A DNA stretch of 64,000 nt from an uncultured delta proteobacterium (GCA_963745835.1 CAVUZH010000003.1:896001-960000), one strand, 5' to 3'. Shown: positions 19,949 through 30,172, counted from the stretch's first letter. A program made the numbers and translations. Notes: a model not told the origin generated them from the letters alone.

Positions 19949-21844
19949 ATGTGTGGAATATTGGGGAAAATCACGTTTTCTGACGGGGGGTGCGCCGTCT
20001 CAGGAGAAGAGATCTCGCCCCGCCTCATCGGCCTGATGGCGCGCCGCGGCCCCGATAACGAAGGTCGTTGGAGTGATGGCCGAAGGTGCGCGATTGCGTT
20101 TCGTCGCCTCGCGATCCTGGACCTTTCCGACAGGGCCCATCAGCCGATGCTCACACCGGATGGACGCTTCGCCCTCGTCTGCAACGGAGAGGTCTACAAC
20201 TTTCGCGAGTTACGCAGCGAACTCGTTCACGAAGGCGTAAAATTTCGCTCGACCGGAGACACGGAAGTCATCCTGTACGCTCTCGTCCATTGGGGCCATC
20301 GCGCTTTGTCTCGCTTCAATGGCATGTTTGCCTTGGGTTTCTACGACTCGGTTGAAAAGCGCTTGCTCTTGGCTCGCGACCACGCCGGCATCAAGCCTCT
20401 TTACTACATGCTCACGTCCCGGGGTTTGGTGTTCGCCTCTCAATACGATCAGATTCTCGCTCACGGTTGGAGCCGTGAATCGCGTTCGTCTCCAGGGGCT
20501 CTGGGACTCTACCTGCGACTTGGTTACATTCCCGCGCCCTACGCGCTACTTCACGACACTTACATGCTCGAGCCCGGTGCCTGGCTGGAGATCTCAAGCG
20601 ATGGCCATCTTCATCGTGGCCGTTTCTTTGAGTTTCCAATCTGGCGTGAACCGACCCTCCGCGGCGAAGAGGCATTTGAAGCGGTGGACGCGGCGATCAC
20701 CGCAGCCGTGCGCCGCCACATGGTGAGTGACGTCCCTTTGGGTGCGTTTCTCTCAGGAGGCGTTGATTCTCCGCTCGTGACCGCCAAAATGCGGGCGGTG
20801 AGTAACGGCATCCTTCGGGCTTTTACCATCGGCACTAACGGAGACCATCACGACGAGTCGGCAGATGCCATTGCCTATGCCCGTGAGATCGGAGTCGAGC
20901 ACACGGTGGAGCACGCAACGCCAGACACGGCCCTGAAAATTCTGGATGATGTGGTAGCCGCCTGCGGGGAACCTTTCGCCGATTTTTCTATCTTCCCCAC
21001 CATGTTGGTATCACGACTCGCCCGCCAAGAGGTCAAAGTCATAGTCTCCGGAGACGGCGGTGATGAACTATTCTGGGGATATCCCGACCGTTTCGCGTCG
21101 GTGCTGGATAAGCTGGCTATACTGAACCAGGCACAGCACGCGGGAAATCCCGGCTGGCATCTAAAGAGATTGCTCGCCACCGACCGGGCCGGGCCGGATC
21201 CGCGCTGGCCAGGCAGCATCGGCGACATTTATCGAATCAAACACACCCATCTCTCCGAAGGCTGGCTCAAGCGTATTTTTCCCGACCTTCCGGACTGGCC
21301 GGCTGATTTCTCTCTCTTCACTTACACGGGCTTGGAGCCCGATCGGACCGCGCAGTGGCTGCGTTGGAATGAGTTTGTGGGTAACTTGACCAGGATTCTT
21401 CTAAAAGTGGATCGGGGCAGCATGTATCATTCGCTGGAAGTGAGAGTGCCGTTTTTGGACCGGGAGGTTGTTGAGACAGCAAGCCGCGTAGACTGGCGCT
21501 CCTGTCTGGATGTGAAACAGAGGCTCGGCAAGTTGCCGCTCCGCCATTCACTGGCGCGCCATGTGCGCCACCAAACCTGGACCAAGCGAGGTTTCACCGT
21601 CCCAATGGACCAATGGCTCCGGGGACCTCTGAGGCAGGTCTTTGAAGAGACCCTGCTCGACCGCCGGGAACTCGCAGGTCTCCCTCTGAATAGAGCAGCC
21701 GCGCGCGAGATGTTCGGCCGGCACCTTTCGGGCCAAGTCAACTACGATTGGCCGCTTTGGATGTTACTGAGTCTCGCTTTGTGGGAGAAGCATCACTATG
21801 GCGAAAGTCGTACTGTCCGCCATTCGCTGAGCAACATGATTTGA
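19949..21844 (+). CDS. asnB: Asparagine synthase (glutamine-hydrolysing)-family amidotransferase
   Basis: MCGI N-terminal Cys, RRGPD, RLAILDLS, NGEVYN, FLSGGVDS, SGDGGDE, KVDRGSM..SLEVRVPFLD. Confidence 0.9.
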   Translation: MCGILGKITFSDGGCAVSGEEISPRLIGLMARRGPDNEGRWSDGRRCAIAFRRLAILDLSDRAHQPMLTPDGRFALVCNGEVYNFRELRSELVHEGVKFRSTGDTEVILYALVHWGHRALSRFNGMFALGFYDSVEKRLLLARDHAGIKPLYYMLTSRGLVFASQYDQILAHGWSRESRSSPGALGLYLRLGYIPAPYALLHDTYMLEPGAWLEISSDGHLHRGRFFEFPIWREPTLRGEEAFEAVDAAITAAVRRHMVSDVPLGAFLSGGVDSPLVTAKMRAVSNGILRAFTIGTNGDHHDESADAIAYAREIGVEHTVEHATPDTALKILDDVVAACGEPFADFSIFPTMLVSRLARQEVKVIVSGDGGDELFWGYPDRFASVLDKLAILNQAQHAGNPGWHLKRLLATDRAGPDPRWPGSIGDIYRIKHTHLSEGWLKRIFPDLPDWPADFSLFTYTGLEPDRTAQWLRWNEFVGNLTRILLKVDRGSMYHSLEVRVPFLDREVVETASRVDWRSCLDVKQRLGKLPLRHSLARHVRHQTWTKRGFTVPMDQWLRGPLRQVFEETLLDRRELAGLPLNRAAAREMFGRHLSGQVNYDWPLWMLLSLALWEKHHYGESRTVRHSLSNMI

Positions 21845-21885
21845 TTCCCTGCCTATTTGCGGGGTGGTCCGACAGTGATTACGCG

Positions 21886-24204
21886 ATGCGGGTACTTTTC
21901 TGGTCGACTTTGTTTTGGCCCTACATTGGAGGATCCGAGTACTTCGGCGCCAAGTTGGTTTCCGCGTTGCGGGAGCGCGGGTACGAGTTGATCGTTTTAA
22001 CATCGCACGATTATCTCGATCTTCCCGACGAGACACACTACCAGGGCATTCCGATCTATCGGCTTCCGTTGTTGCAGGCTCTACGTGACAGCGATGCCAG
22101 CCGGTTCATCGAGATCTGCCAGAAGGTGAAGAAGCTCAAGCGAACCTTCAAGCCGGACTTGGTGCACTTGAACGGCGTCAATTCGACCACCGTGTTCCAT
22201 CTCAGGACAGTCGATGCGGAACCGGCGGCTACTTTGGTTCGGGTTAACCAAGAGCTGCTGCCGCACCAGCACCTTGGGCCGGAGACGATCTTCAGCCAGA
22301 CACTTCGCTCCGCCCGTTGGACAACCTGTGTCTCATCCGCAGTGTTGAAGCACGCTAGTCGGTTGGTGCCTGAGATTGCAAGACGCTCATCCGTTATTTA
22401 CAACGGCTTGGAAGTTCCATCCTTTTCCCCGACGCCGCTCTCGTTTGAAGCGCCTCGTTTGATGTGTGTGGGACGTCTGGTCCCGGCGAAGGGATTCGAC
22501 CTAGCATTGGTCGCATTGGCCTCGATCATCAAAAGATACCCCAACATCCGCCTGGTTATTGCCGGTGACGGACCGGACCGGCTTCAACTGGAACGGCAAA
22601 CCTCTCAACTCGGTCTGAGCGAGGTCGTCGAATTTCTTGGGTTGGTGGAGCCGGAAAAGGTGCTCGCTCTGATCAATCGGGCCACACTGGTACTGATCCC
22701 GTCCCGCTACGAGGGACTTCCGACGGTTGCCTTGCAGGCCGCGCTTATGGCCCGGCCGATTGTGGCAACACGGGTTGGAGGACTGGCGGAAGCGGTGATC
22801 GATCGGCAGACTGGTTTGCTAGTTGAGAGCGGTGACAGTCATAGCCTTGCGGAGGCGATTGCATTCTTGCTGAGTAATCCTCAAGGAGCGATCGAGATGG
22901 GAACGGCCGGTCGAAAGCGGGTGCAACAACTTTTCCTTTGGCAGCGCTGCGTCGACGCCTATGACGCTCTTTACAAAAGATTGATTGCCAGGACCGATAC
23001 GGGAAAGTCGCTTCAATCGCATGAGCCGGAAGCCGAGAATGCCGTCCAGCCATCAACCTCCCGTCTCCAAACGCAGAGAAATCAACCAGTGATGATGCGG
23101 GTCTTATTCTGGTCGGAGCTGTTTTGGCCCTATATAGGGGGCGCTGAAGTGTTCGGCACGAAACTTCTGCATGCTCTGCGACAGCGCGGTCATGACGTCA
23201 TCGTCGTGACACGCCAGGATTCGCCGGATCTTCCCCACAAAGACCAGTATCAGGGAATCCCCGTTTATCGCTTTCCGTTCTTGACGGCGTTTGCCAATCG
23301 CAGCGTGGATCAATTGATCGCGGCTCGGCAAGAGTTGGCCAAGCTCAAGCGCGAGTTTGCGCCCGACTTGGTCCATATACACGGTTTCGGGCCGAGCGTG
23401 CTTTTTCATCTGGACACAACTCAGGCGCATCCTTCCCCGTTATTGGTCACGTTGGTAGAAGAGCGACAACACCGAGAGGGCCGTGACCTGTTGGATCGGA
23501 TGCTGCGGGCGGCCGATTGGATCACCGGCAAATCGACGGCCGTGCTGGCGCAAGCGCGTCGATTCGTTCCCGAGATTGCGACCCGCTCGTCGGTCATTCA
23601 AAATGGTTTGGCAGTTCCGGCGCTCCTACCGGGACCGCTCCCTACCGATGCACCGCGGCTGCTGTGTTTAGGGCGGCTCGCCGTCCAGAAAGGATTTGAT
23701 CTCGCCCTAACGGCGTTGGCCTCGATTCATGATCGCTTTCCCCATGTTCGTCTGACCATCGCCGGCGATGGGCCTGAGCGGCCTACCTTGGAGCGGCAAG
23801 TTTCCGAACTGGGTCTCACGAATGTCGTCGATTTTATAGGTTGGGTTTCACCTGATGAGATATTCGCTCTAATAAATACATCTAGCATTGTCATAATGCC
23901 CTCTCGGTGGGAGGGACTCCCTTCGGTCGTACTGCAAGCGGCTATTATGGCGCGTCCGGTGGTGGCAACCCGCGTCTCGGGTCTTTCGGAAGTCGTAGCC
24001 CATCAGAACACCGGCCTACTTGTCGAACCCGAAGACGCCTGGGCTCTAGCCGAAGCGATCACTTCGCTGCTCGAACAGCCCGAAGCCGCCGTGCGGATGG
24101 GCCGGGCAGCCCGCCGGCGGGTCCAAGAACTATTTAGTTGGGAGCGTTGCGTGAGCGCTTACGAAGCTCTCTGGCGCCGCCTCGTAATGGACCGGCGCGG
24201 ATAA
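21886..24204 (+). CDS. Tandem double-GT4 glycosyltransferase fusion
   Basis: Two full GT-B units in one ORF, each starting MRVLFWS.LFWPYIGG and containing GRL...KGFD and EGLP. Confidence 0.85.
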   Translation: MRVLFWSTLFWPYIGGSEYFGAKLVSALRERGYELIVLTSHDYLDLPDETHYQGIPIYRLPLLQALRDSDASRFIEICQKVKKLKRTFKPDLVHLNGVNSTTVFHLRTVDAEPAATLVRVNQELLPHQHLGPETIFSQTLRSARWTTCVSSAVLKHASRLVPEIARRSSVIYNGLEVPSFSPTPLSFEAPRLMCVGRLVPAKGFDLALVALASIIKRYPNIRLVIAGDGPDRLQLERQTSQLGLSEVVEFLGLVEPEKVLALINRATLVLIPSRYEGLPTVALQAALMARPIVATRVGGLAEAVIDRQTGLLVESGDSHSLAEAIAFLLSNPQGAIEMGTAGRKRVQQLFLWQRCVDAYDALYKRLIARTDTGKSLQSHEPEAENAVQPSTSRLQTQRNQPVMMRVLFWSELFWPYIGGAEVFGTKLLHALRQRGHDVIVVTRQDSPDLPHKDQYQGIPVYRFPFLTAFANRSVDQLIAARQELAKLKREFAPDLVHIHGFGPSVLFHLDTTQAHPSPLLVTLVEERQHREGRDLLDRMLRAADWITGKSTAVLAQARRFVPEIATRSSVIQNGLAVPALLPGPLPTDAPRLLCLGRLAVQKGFDLALTALASIHDRFPHVRLTIAGDGPERPTLERQVSELGLTNVVDFIGWVSPDEIFALINTSSIVIMPSRWEGLPSVVLQAAIMARPVVATRVSGLSEVVAHQNTGLLVEPEDAWALAEAITSLLEQPEAAVRMGRAARRRVQELFSWERCVSAYEALWRRLVMDRRG

Positions 24205-24266
24205 ATCCCAATTCAAAGCTCATACCTTCGCAAGTTTGCCGCGAGATCGCCCCTCGATGAGAAATA

Positions 24267-25385
24267 ATGATGCGTGTCTTATTCTGCTCCATTAACTTTT
24301 GGCCGCATATCGGAGGCGTGGAGGTTCTCGCTGCAAAGTTCCTTCCGGCCTTGAGAGAGCGCGGTTACGAATACGTCGTAGTCGCGCCGAAAAATCATCC
24401 GGATCTGCCCGATGAAGACTCTTACAACGGAATTTTCGTGCATCGTTTTTCTTTCTATAACGACTTTAACCGCAATGGTATGGACCATGTTATGGACACG
24501 CGGCAAAAGTTGCGCAATCTGAAGCGCTCTTTTGCGCCTAACCTCATCCATATAAACGCCGTCGGCGTCGAGAATTTTTTTCACGTTTCGACGGCGGACG
24601 CACATCAATCTCCGGTGCTCGTTACCTTGCATGGAAAATGGAAGAGTCGGGCTGATGCAATCGTTGGCCAAACTCTCCGCAGCGCCGACTGGATCGTAGG
24701 CTGCTCGGCGGCCATTCTGGAGCAGGGTCGCAGGTTGGCGCCAGAGATCGCCTGCCGCTCGTCTGTTATTCACAACGGCGTGGGGGCGCCGTCTCTCTCG
24801 CCTGAGCCGATGGCATTCGATTCACCGCGGCTGCTTTGCTTAGGTCGCCTCGCACCTGAAAAGGGCTTCGATCTAGCGCTGGCCGGATTCGGGAGAATCC
24901 TTCATCGCTTTCCTCGAGCGCGTCTCATTATAGCCGGGGACGGCCCCGCCCGCGGTAAACTGGAACGACAGGCGGCAGAACAAGGCATCCGGCGCGCGGT
25001 TGAATTCACGGGCTGGATCGACCCTGAGCAAGTGCCGGCTTTGATCAATCGGGCCACTCTAGTTGTTATGCCGTCTCGCGATGACTCCCTCCCCCTGGTG
25101 GCCTTAGAAGCGGCTCGGATGGCTCGGCCGGTGGTGGCGACTCGCGTTGGTGGAATTCCCGAAATCGTTGTGCATCAAGAGACCGGCGTGCTCGTCGAAA
25201 AAGAAGACACCAACGGCCTGGTCCACGCAATCGGTTTGTTGCTTGGCAATCCGGAAGCTGCTGTTGCGATGGGCCAAGCAGCTCAAAGACGCATAGAAGT
25301 GGCGTTCAGTTGGAAAAAGCACGTCGATGCTTATGACGCTCTGTACCGAAGACTTATTGAGAATAGTCCCACCCGGGTGGTCTGA
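24267..25385 (+). CDS. GT4 family glycosyltransferase
   Basis: MRVLFCSINFWPHIGGVE, LGRLAPEKGFD, DSLPLVALEA, ATRVGGIPE. Confidence 0.9.
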   Translation: MMRVLFCSINFWPHIGGVEVLAAKFLPALRERGYEYVVVAPKNHPDLPDEDSYNGIFVHRFSFYNDFNRNGMDHVMDTRQKLRNLKRSFAPNLIHINAVGVENFFHVSTADAHQSPVLVTLHGKWKSRADAIVGQTLRSADWIVGCSAAILEQGRRLAPEIACRSSVIHNGVGAPSLSPEPMAFDSPRLLCLGRLAPEKGFDLALAGFGRILHRFPRARLIIAGDGPARGKLERQAAEQGIRRAVEFTGWIDPEQVPALINRATLVVMPSRDDSLPLVALEAARMARPVVATRVGGIPEIVVHQETGVLVEKEDTNGLVHAIGLLLGNPEAAVAMGQAAQRRIEVAFSWKKHVDAYDALYRRLIENSPTRVV

Positions 25386-25409
25386 AATCGACGGCCGGAG
25401 GCTCCATCC

Positions 25410-26336
25410 ATGTCTGCGATGCCATTTGTTCGAGGCTTTTCTATATCGGCTCGGCCTATAACAGGCTCGAAGAACGCGATTCCCTTGTTTGAACGCTTGC
25501 TAATCGAGTCCCAATCGAATTGCAATCGCTCGTGCTGGTTCTGTCCTCGCACTTATGATCGGTCCGGAAAGTATCTCGACGCAGCCGGCAAGCCGCTGCT
25601 CAATCAGATACCCACGGAAAAGATCCTCGATCTGCTCGATCAAGCGCAGGCTTTGGGGTTCAGAGGAGGCGTGGGATTTCATCACTACTCCGAGCCCTTG
25701 CTAGACAAACGCAACATCATGCTTGCCCGGGAAGCGAGGAAACGGGGCATGAAGCCCGACCTGCACACCAACGGGGATGTGCTCAAACATGATGACGCGC
25801 TGTGCGAGGAAGTTAAGAACGTCTACGAACTTATTGTCATTGGTCTGTACGACTACAAGACCAACGAGGAGCTTCACGAAAGTAAGCGGTACTGGCAGAC
25901 CAGACTAACTGGCGCCAATCTCAAGTTTAGCTCTATTGGCCTTTCGAGAGCTGGCGCGAGTTACAGCATTGGGATTCCCAAGGCGCTGGTGCCGTGGGAT
26001 CCGCGCATGGCCGTTCCTGACTTTACATTTGCCAATGCGCCCTGCCACCGTCCCCTCATCCGAATGATCATCCAACATGACGGCGAGGTGTGCAATTGCT
26101 GTGAGGACACGACCGGAGCCTTCAAGCTAGGCAACGTCTATCAGTATACCCTCGAAGAGTTATGGTACTCCGAGCACCACGTCGAAGTCGTCAGGGATCT
26201 CATCGTCGGCCGGCGAGAGAAGTATAACCTTTGCCGGAACTGCCCACTGCCTCCGACAGGTTCAGCACCGAGGGGCACCAAAATCGACATCGCTCCGAGA
26301 CGCTACGGTTTAACAACATATCAAGAGAGCAAATAA
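25410..26336 (+). CDS. Radical SAM / SPASM domain protein
   Basis: CNRSCWFC, YSEPLLD, TNGD, and C-terminal PCHRP..DGEVCNCCED..LGNV..LEELW..LCRNC. Confidence 0.88.
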   Translation: MSAMPFVRGFSISARPITGSKNAIPLFERLLIESQSNCNRSCWFCPRTYDRSGKYLDAAGKPLLNQIPTEKILDLLDQAQALGFRGGVGFHHYSEPLLDKRNIMLAREARKRGMKPDLHTNGDVLKHDDALCEEVKNVYELIVIGLYDYKTNEELHESKRYWQTRLTGANLKFSSIGLSRAGASYSIGIPKALVPWDPRMAVPDFTFANAPCHRPLIRMIIQHDGEVCNCCEDTTGAFKLGNVYQYTLEELWYSEHHVEVVRDLIVGRREKYNLCRNCPLPPTGSAPRGTKIDIAPRRYGLTTYQESK

Positions 26337-26372
26337 GCCCGCGGAGCGGCCGCTAAATAAAAGAGCACGGAT

Positions 26373-28439
26373 ATGTGTGCTATCGCTGGAATCATCAATC
26401 TCAACGGTCAACCGGTCAACGTTAGCTTACTCCGTAGGATGAACGATCAACTTCGTCACCGCGGTCGTGATGATGAAGGGTATGTCTTCATCCAGCCAGA
26501 CGGTTCGTGGGCCGAATACTCCGGAGCTGATACCCCGAGACCTCTTCTTGATACTTACCCGGCATTGCTGGATTCGCACCATCATTTCCCCTTCGCTATT
26601 GGCCTCGCCCATCGGCGCTTTGCGATTGTTGATCTGACGACAAGAGCGCATCAGCCGTTTTTCGACTCTGACAAGGTTTGCTGTGCCGTCTTCAATGGGG
26701 AAATTTTTAATTATCTAGAGTTGCGGGATGACCTCGTGAAACTCGGACATCGCTTTCGCTCGGCTTCCGACACTGAAGTGATTGTTGAAGCATATAAGGC
26801 TTGGGGAGTTGAATGCTTTTCTCGCTTCAATGGGATGTGGGCGATGGCTTTGTATGACTTTAGAAATAAACGTTTGATTGTGAGCCGAGATCGCTTAGGC
26901 GAGATTCCACTCTATTGGGCCAGAATTCGGGATTCGGTTTATTTCGCTTCTGAAATTAAAGCCTTGCTCGGAGTTTCAAGTACTCAGTCAGTTAATGAGG
27001 CCGCCATTTATCCCTATTTGGTCCGCGGTTTCCAACATGTGAACGACGAAACTTTCGTTGAGGGCATCTCTAGTTTTCCGGCTGCCACTTGGGCAGTGCT
27101 GGACCAAAATTTTCCGACCACCGCTCGACGGTACTGGCAGGCTCCAGGGCGGCGATTTGCCGAACGCGACGTGTGCGTGAGCGAAGCGATTCGCTCCATT
27201 CAAGACACACTTCAAGATGCGGTGCGTATTCGCTTGCGCGCGGATGTCCCTTGCTGCGTGACGTTGAGTGGTGGTCTGGACTCATCGGTGTTAGTTGCAT
27301 TGGCTGCTCAGTGTTCTGGGACAAAGGTAATAGCTCATACAGTCCGATTTGCGGAGAAGCAATGTGATGAAGAACCGTTTGCCCGTGCCGTTGCGCGCTA
27401 TTGTGGCGCGGAGCATCGTATCGTAGACCCGCCGCTGCACAACTTCTGGCATGAAATTCTTCCCTTTACGTATCTCGCAGAGGAGCCGTATCATGCCCCG
27501 AATATTTATATCAGACAATTATTCCACCGCGCGATGCGATCGGAAGGGTTTAAGGTAGTTTTGGTGGGCGAAGGCGGGGACGAGCTTTTTGCCGGCTATT
27601 GGAGGCATTTTGATATTCTACAAACGGAAGCCCTGCGGGCTCATCGGTTTGGCATGTTTCTGGACAATCGTTTGCGTTGGTCAGAAACCGATACCCACTT
27701 AAAACCACTAGCCAGACTCATCCTGCGGAAGATTAAGTGGAGTGTGCTGCACCCTTATCTGTCTATATTCAAAGCCAGCAGTGCTACACGCCAGGCAAAA
27801 TCCGAGCGTATGGATGGATATGTCAATCTGCCACCCCTTATGCACAACGGGGACTACTCTCGGGCGACTTTATCTCAGGTGCTGTATGATGAGGTCACCA
27901 GCACTAGTATTCCCTATTGGGTCCGGGCCAATGATAGAATGCGCATGGGCATTCCTATCGAGGGTCGATCGCCATTTCTCGATTATCGCGTGGTCGAGTT
28001 AGGGTTGACGTTGCCCGTGACTTATCTCATTCGACACGGTTGGCATAAATGGATACTGCGAAAAGCCTTCCAGGAGCTATTGCCACAAGAGGTCGTTTGG
28101 CGAAAGCAGAAGGCGGGCTTTCCTACTCCATTTCAGCGCTTCGTTGTAACTAGCCCGCCGACCATCCAGAGGCTGCTCAAGCAACTGCACAATCCTTACG
28201 TTGATTTGCCGTTGTTTGAGCGTTTTGCAAAGCATTGCGCGCAAAACCGCAACGAATGGAGCGCGCATATCCACTGGTGGCGTATGATCAGTTTTTTGCT
28301 TTGGTACGAACTGTTCGTCAACCATAACCAGGAACTCTTCGCAAGGATCCAAGAAGAACAACGTGACAGCACCAATTATGTCCACGACGAGTTCGAGCCA
28401 CAGTTTCTGCACTCCTGTATTGGTGCCAGGACTGTATGA
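26373..28439 (+). CDS. asnB: Second asparagine synthase-family amidotransferase
   Basis: MCAIAG, HRGRDD, HRRFAIVDL, NGEIFN, LSGGLDS, GEGGDE, RSPFLDY. Confidence 0.9.
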   Translation: MCAIAGIINLNGQPVNVSLLRRMNDQLRHRGRDDEGYVFIQPDGSWAEYSGADTPRPLLDTYPALLDSHHHFPFAIGLAHRRFAIVDLTTRAHQPFFDSDKVCCAVFNGEIFNYLELRDDLVKLGHRFRSASDTEVIVEAYKAWGVECFSRFNGMWAMALYDFRNKRLIVSRDRLGEIPLYWARIRDSVYFASEIKALLGVSSTQSVNEAAIYPYLVRGFQHVNDETFVEGISSFPAATWAVLDQNFPTTARRYWQAPGRRFAERDVCVSEAIRSIQDTLQDAVRIRLRADVPCCVTLSGGLDSSVLVALAAQCSGTKVIAHTVRFAEKQCDEEPFARAVARYCGAEHRIVDPPLHNFWHEILPFTYLAEEPYHAPNIYIRQLFHRAMRSEGFKVVLVGEGGDELFAGYWRHFDILQTEALRAHRFGMFLDNRLRWSETDTHLKPLARLILRKIKWSVLHPYLSIFKASSATRQAKSERMDGYVNLPPLMHNGDYSRATLSQVLYDEVTSTSIPYWVRANDRMRMGIPIEGRSPFLDYRVVELGLTLPVTYLIRHGWHKWILRKAFQELLPQEVVWRKQKAGFPTPFQRFVVTSPPTIQRLLKQLHNPYVDLPLFERFAKHCAQNRNEWSAHIHWWRMISFLLWYELFVNHNQELFARIQEEQRDSTNYVHDEFEPQFLHSCIGARTV

Positions 28440-28509
28440 TGGCCGCTTGCAAGCATCTGCATTCGCCGACGCATGAACCTCTTCAGAGAAGGAATCGGTT
28501 AAAAGCGTG

Positions 28510-28860
28510 AAACATCCTCGATAGTATTTTGGCTCAGACGTGCCGGCGATTAGAGATTATCGGCGTCGATCATGGCACGACCGATAGAACACCGACAGTC
28601 CTAGCTGGCTACGGCCAATGAGTTTACTACGTCGCGGCGCCCCGCGCGCTTTTTGACGTCGTGGGAGCTTTCAATCCCACAATCAACCACGCGAGACACG
28701 GAATGCTTTTTGCGCATCTGAACACGGAGCGAGCTGCTATAGAGGTGTTACCCGACATATTGTATCGTCGCTAGCATCAAACTAATTTCAGTTGTCTCCG
28801 AGCATCTAATAGCCCGACCAATGCTTGCAGATCCTAAAAGCTGCGCTCGCCGTCGCCGTC
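28510..28860 (+). pseudogene. Heavily decayed GT2 remnant
   Basis: Reads ILDSILAQTCRRLEIIGVDHGTTDRTP..YGQ*, then matches the 3' end of GT2 17413 (FLR...EVLPDILYRR). Large internal deletion and stops. Confidence 0.7.
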
Positions 28861-28898
28861 TCAATAAGACTTCCTGATTGAGCTGATAAATTATCGGG

Positions 28899-28990
28899 AA
28901 CCTGCGTCATCGTCTCCGGTTCCTGGGAAAGAGATTGTTGAGGTTGTTGACGGTGAGGCGATCGCAACGAACCTGGTTAACGGAAATACC
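28899..28990 (+). pseudogene. Remnant of a second PqqD/RRE gene
   Basis: NLRHRLR / KEIVEVVDGEAIATNLVNG aligns by eye with SLKDRLR / EEVAAKVIDGEAIIINLANG of 16890. No start codon, and truncated. Confidence 0.65.
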
Positions 28991-29046
28991 GAGATAAAAT
29001 GCCATCCAAGCGGCATTGAATTTCACGCAGCAATAGCTGGAAGGAT

Positions 29047-30171
29047 ATGCGAATTCTTTTTTGGTCTGAAACCTTTTGGCCTAGAATCGGCGGAGTAGAG
29101 AATCTCGCAGCCAGGTTACTGCCGGCCTTACAATCGCGGGGGCATGAGTTCGCCGTGATTACTTGGGACAATGTAGAGGATGCCGACCAAATCCTCTATC
29201 AAGAGATTCCCGTGTATCGTTTTCCTTTTTTTTCAGGAAGGCACCGAGACAGCCTGGGATCTATGATCGAAAATCGCCGGGAGATCGCCTTGCTCAAGCA
29301 GCAGTTTGCACCCGACCTCGTTCATATCAACTCGTATGGCCGTAGTGTTTTGTTTCATCTTAATACGATCAGCGCGCACCCGGCTTCCGTGTTGGTTACA
29401 TTGCACCAGGCGCTTCCAGATGAACCGGTTGCGAATGACAGTTTATTGGGTCATGTCCTGCGTACGGCGGATTGGGTAACTACTTGCTCGAGCGCGGTGT
29501 TGACTCACGCTCGACGGCTTATGCCTGAAGTCATTCCATGTTCTTCGGTTATCCTCAATGGGCTGGAGCCGCCGCCTTTCGATCCGCCACCCATCCCTTT
29601 CGATTTGCCGCGGATATTGTGTCTTGGTCGGCTGGTTCCAGAGAAGGGATTCGATTTGGCATTGGCGGCATTCGAAAGGGTTTTCCGGCGCTTCCCAAGT
29701 GCCCGTTTGGTGGTCGCCGGCGAAGGTCGTCAAGCGGGCAAGTTGAAACAGCAAACAGTCGAATTGGGATTAACTGATTGTGTAGAATTCATCGGCGCCG
29801 TCCCCCCAGAGAAGGTGGCTGACTTAATTGCACAGTCGACTCTCGTGCTGATACCGTCGCGGTTGGAAGGGTTTGGGTTGGTTGCAATAGAGGCTGGAGC
29901 GATGGCTCGTCCGGTGGTCGCAACTCGCGTTGGAGGACTCCCGGAAGTGATAGTCCATGAAGAGACAGGTCTCCTCGTCAATCAGGAAAGCAGTCCCGCG
30001 CTAGCCGATGCCATTTCGCTTTTGCTCGACCACACCGAGGTCGCGGTGCAAATGGGCGAGGCGGGTCGACGGCGGGTTGAGGAGGTCTTTAGTTGGGAGC
30101 GCTGTGTGGACGCGTACGATACCGTCTATCGAAAACTAGCCGCGACGAAACAGGAAGCGATAGGCTTTTGA
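29047..30171 (+). CDS. GT4 family glycosyltransferase
   Basis: MRILFWSETFWPRIGGVE, LGRLVPEKGFD, EGFGLVAIEA. Confidence 0.9.
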   Translation: MRILFWSETFWPRIGGVENLAARLLPALQSRGHEFAVITWDNVEDADQILYQEIPVYRFPFFSGRHRDSLGSMIENRREIALLKQQFAPDLVHINSYGRSVLFHLNTISAHPASVLVTLHQALPDEPVANDSLLGHVLRTADWVTTCSSAVLTHARRLMPEVIPCSSVILNGLEPPPFDPPPIPFDLPRILCLGRLVPEKGFDLALAAFERVFRRFPSARLVVAGEGRQAGKLKQQTVELGLTDCVEFIGAVPPEKVADLIAQSTLVLIPSRLEGFGLVAIEAGAMARPVVATRVGGLPEVIVHEETGLLVNQESSPALADAISLLLDHTEVAVQMGEAGRRRVEEVFSWERCVDAYDTVYRKLAATKQEAIGF

Positions 30172-30172
30172 G

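Noticed and set aside
16890-28439. Classical lasso peptide cluster (RRE + AsnB-like cyclase + kinase)
   Set aside because: No transglutaminase-like B2 leader peptidase is seen, both AsnB proteins keep the glutaminase Cys, and the tail lacks the G-x5-T leader end and a typical lasso core.
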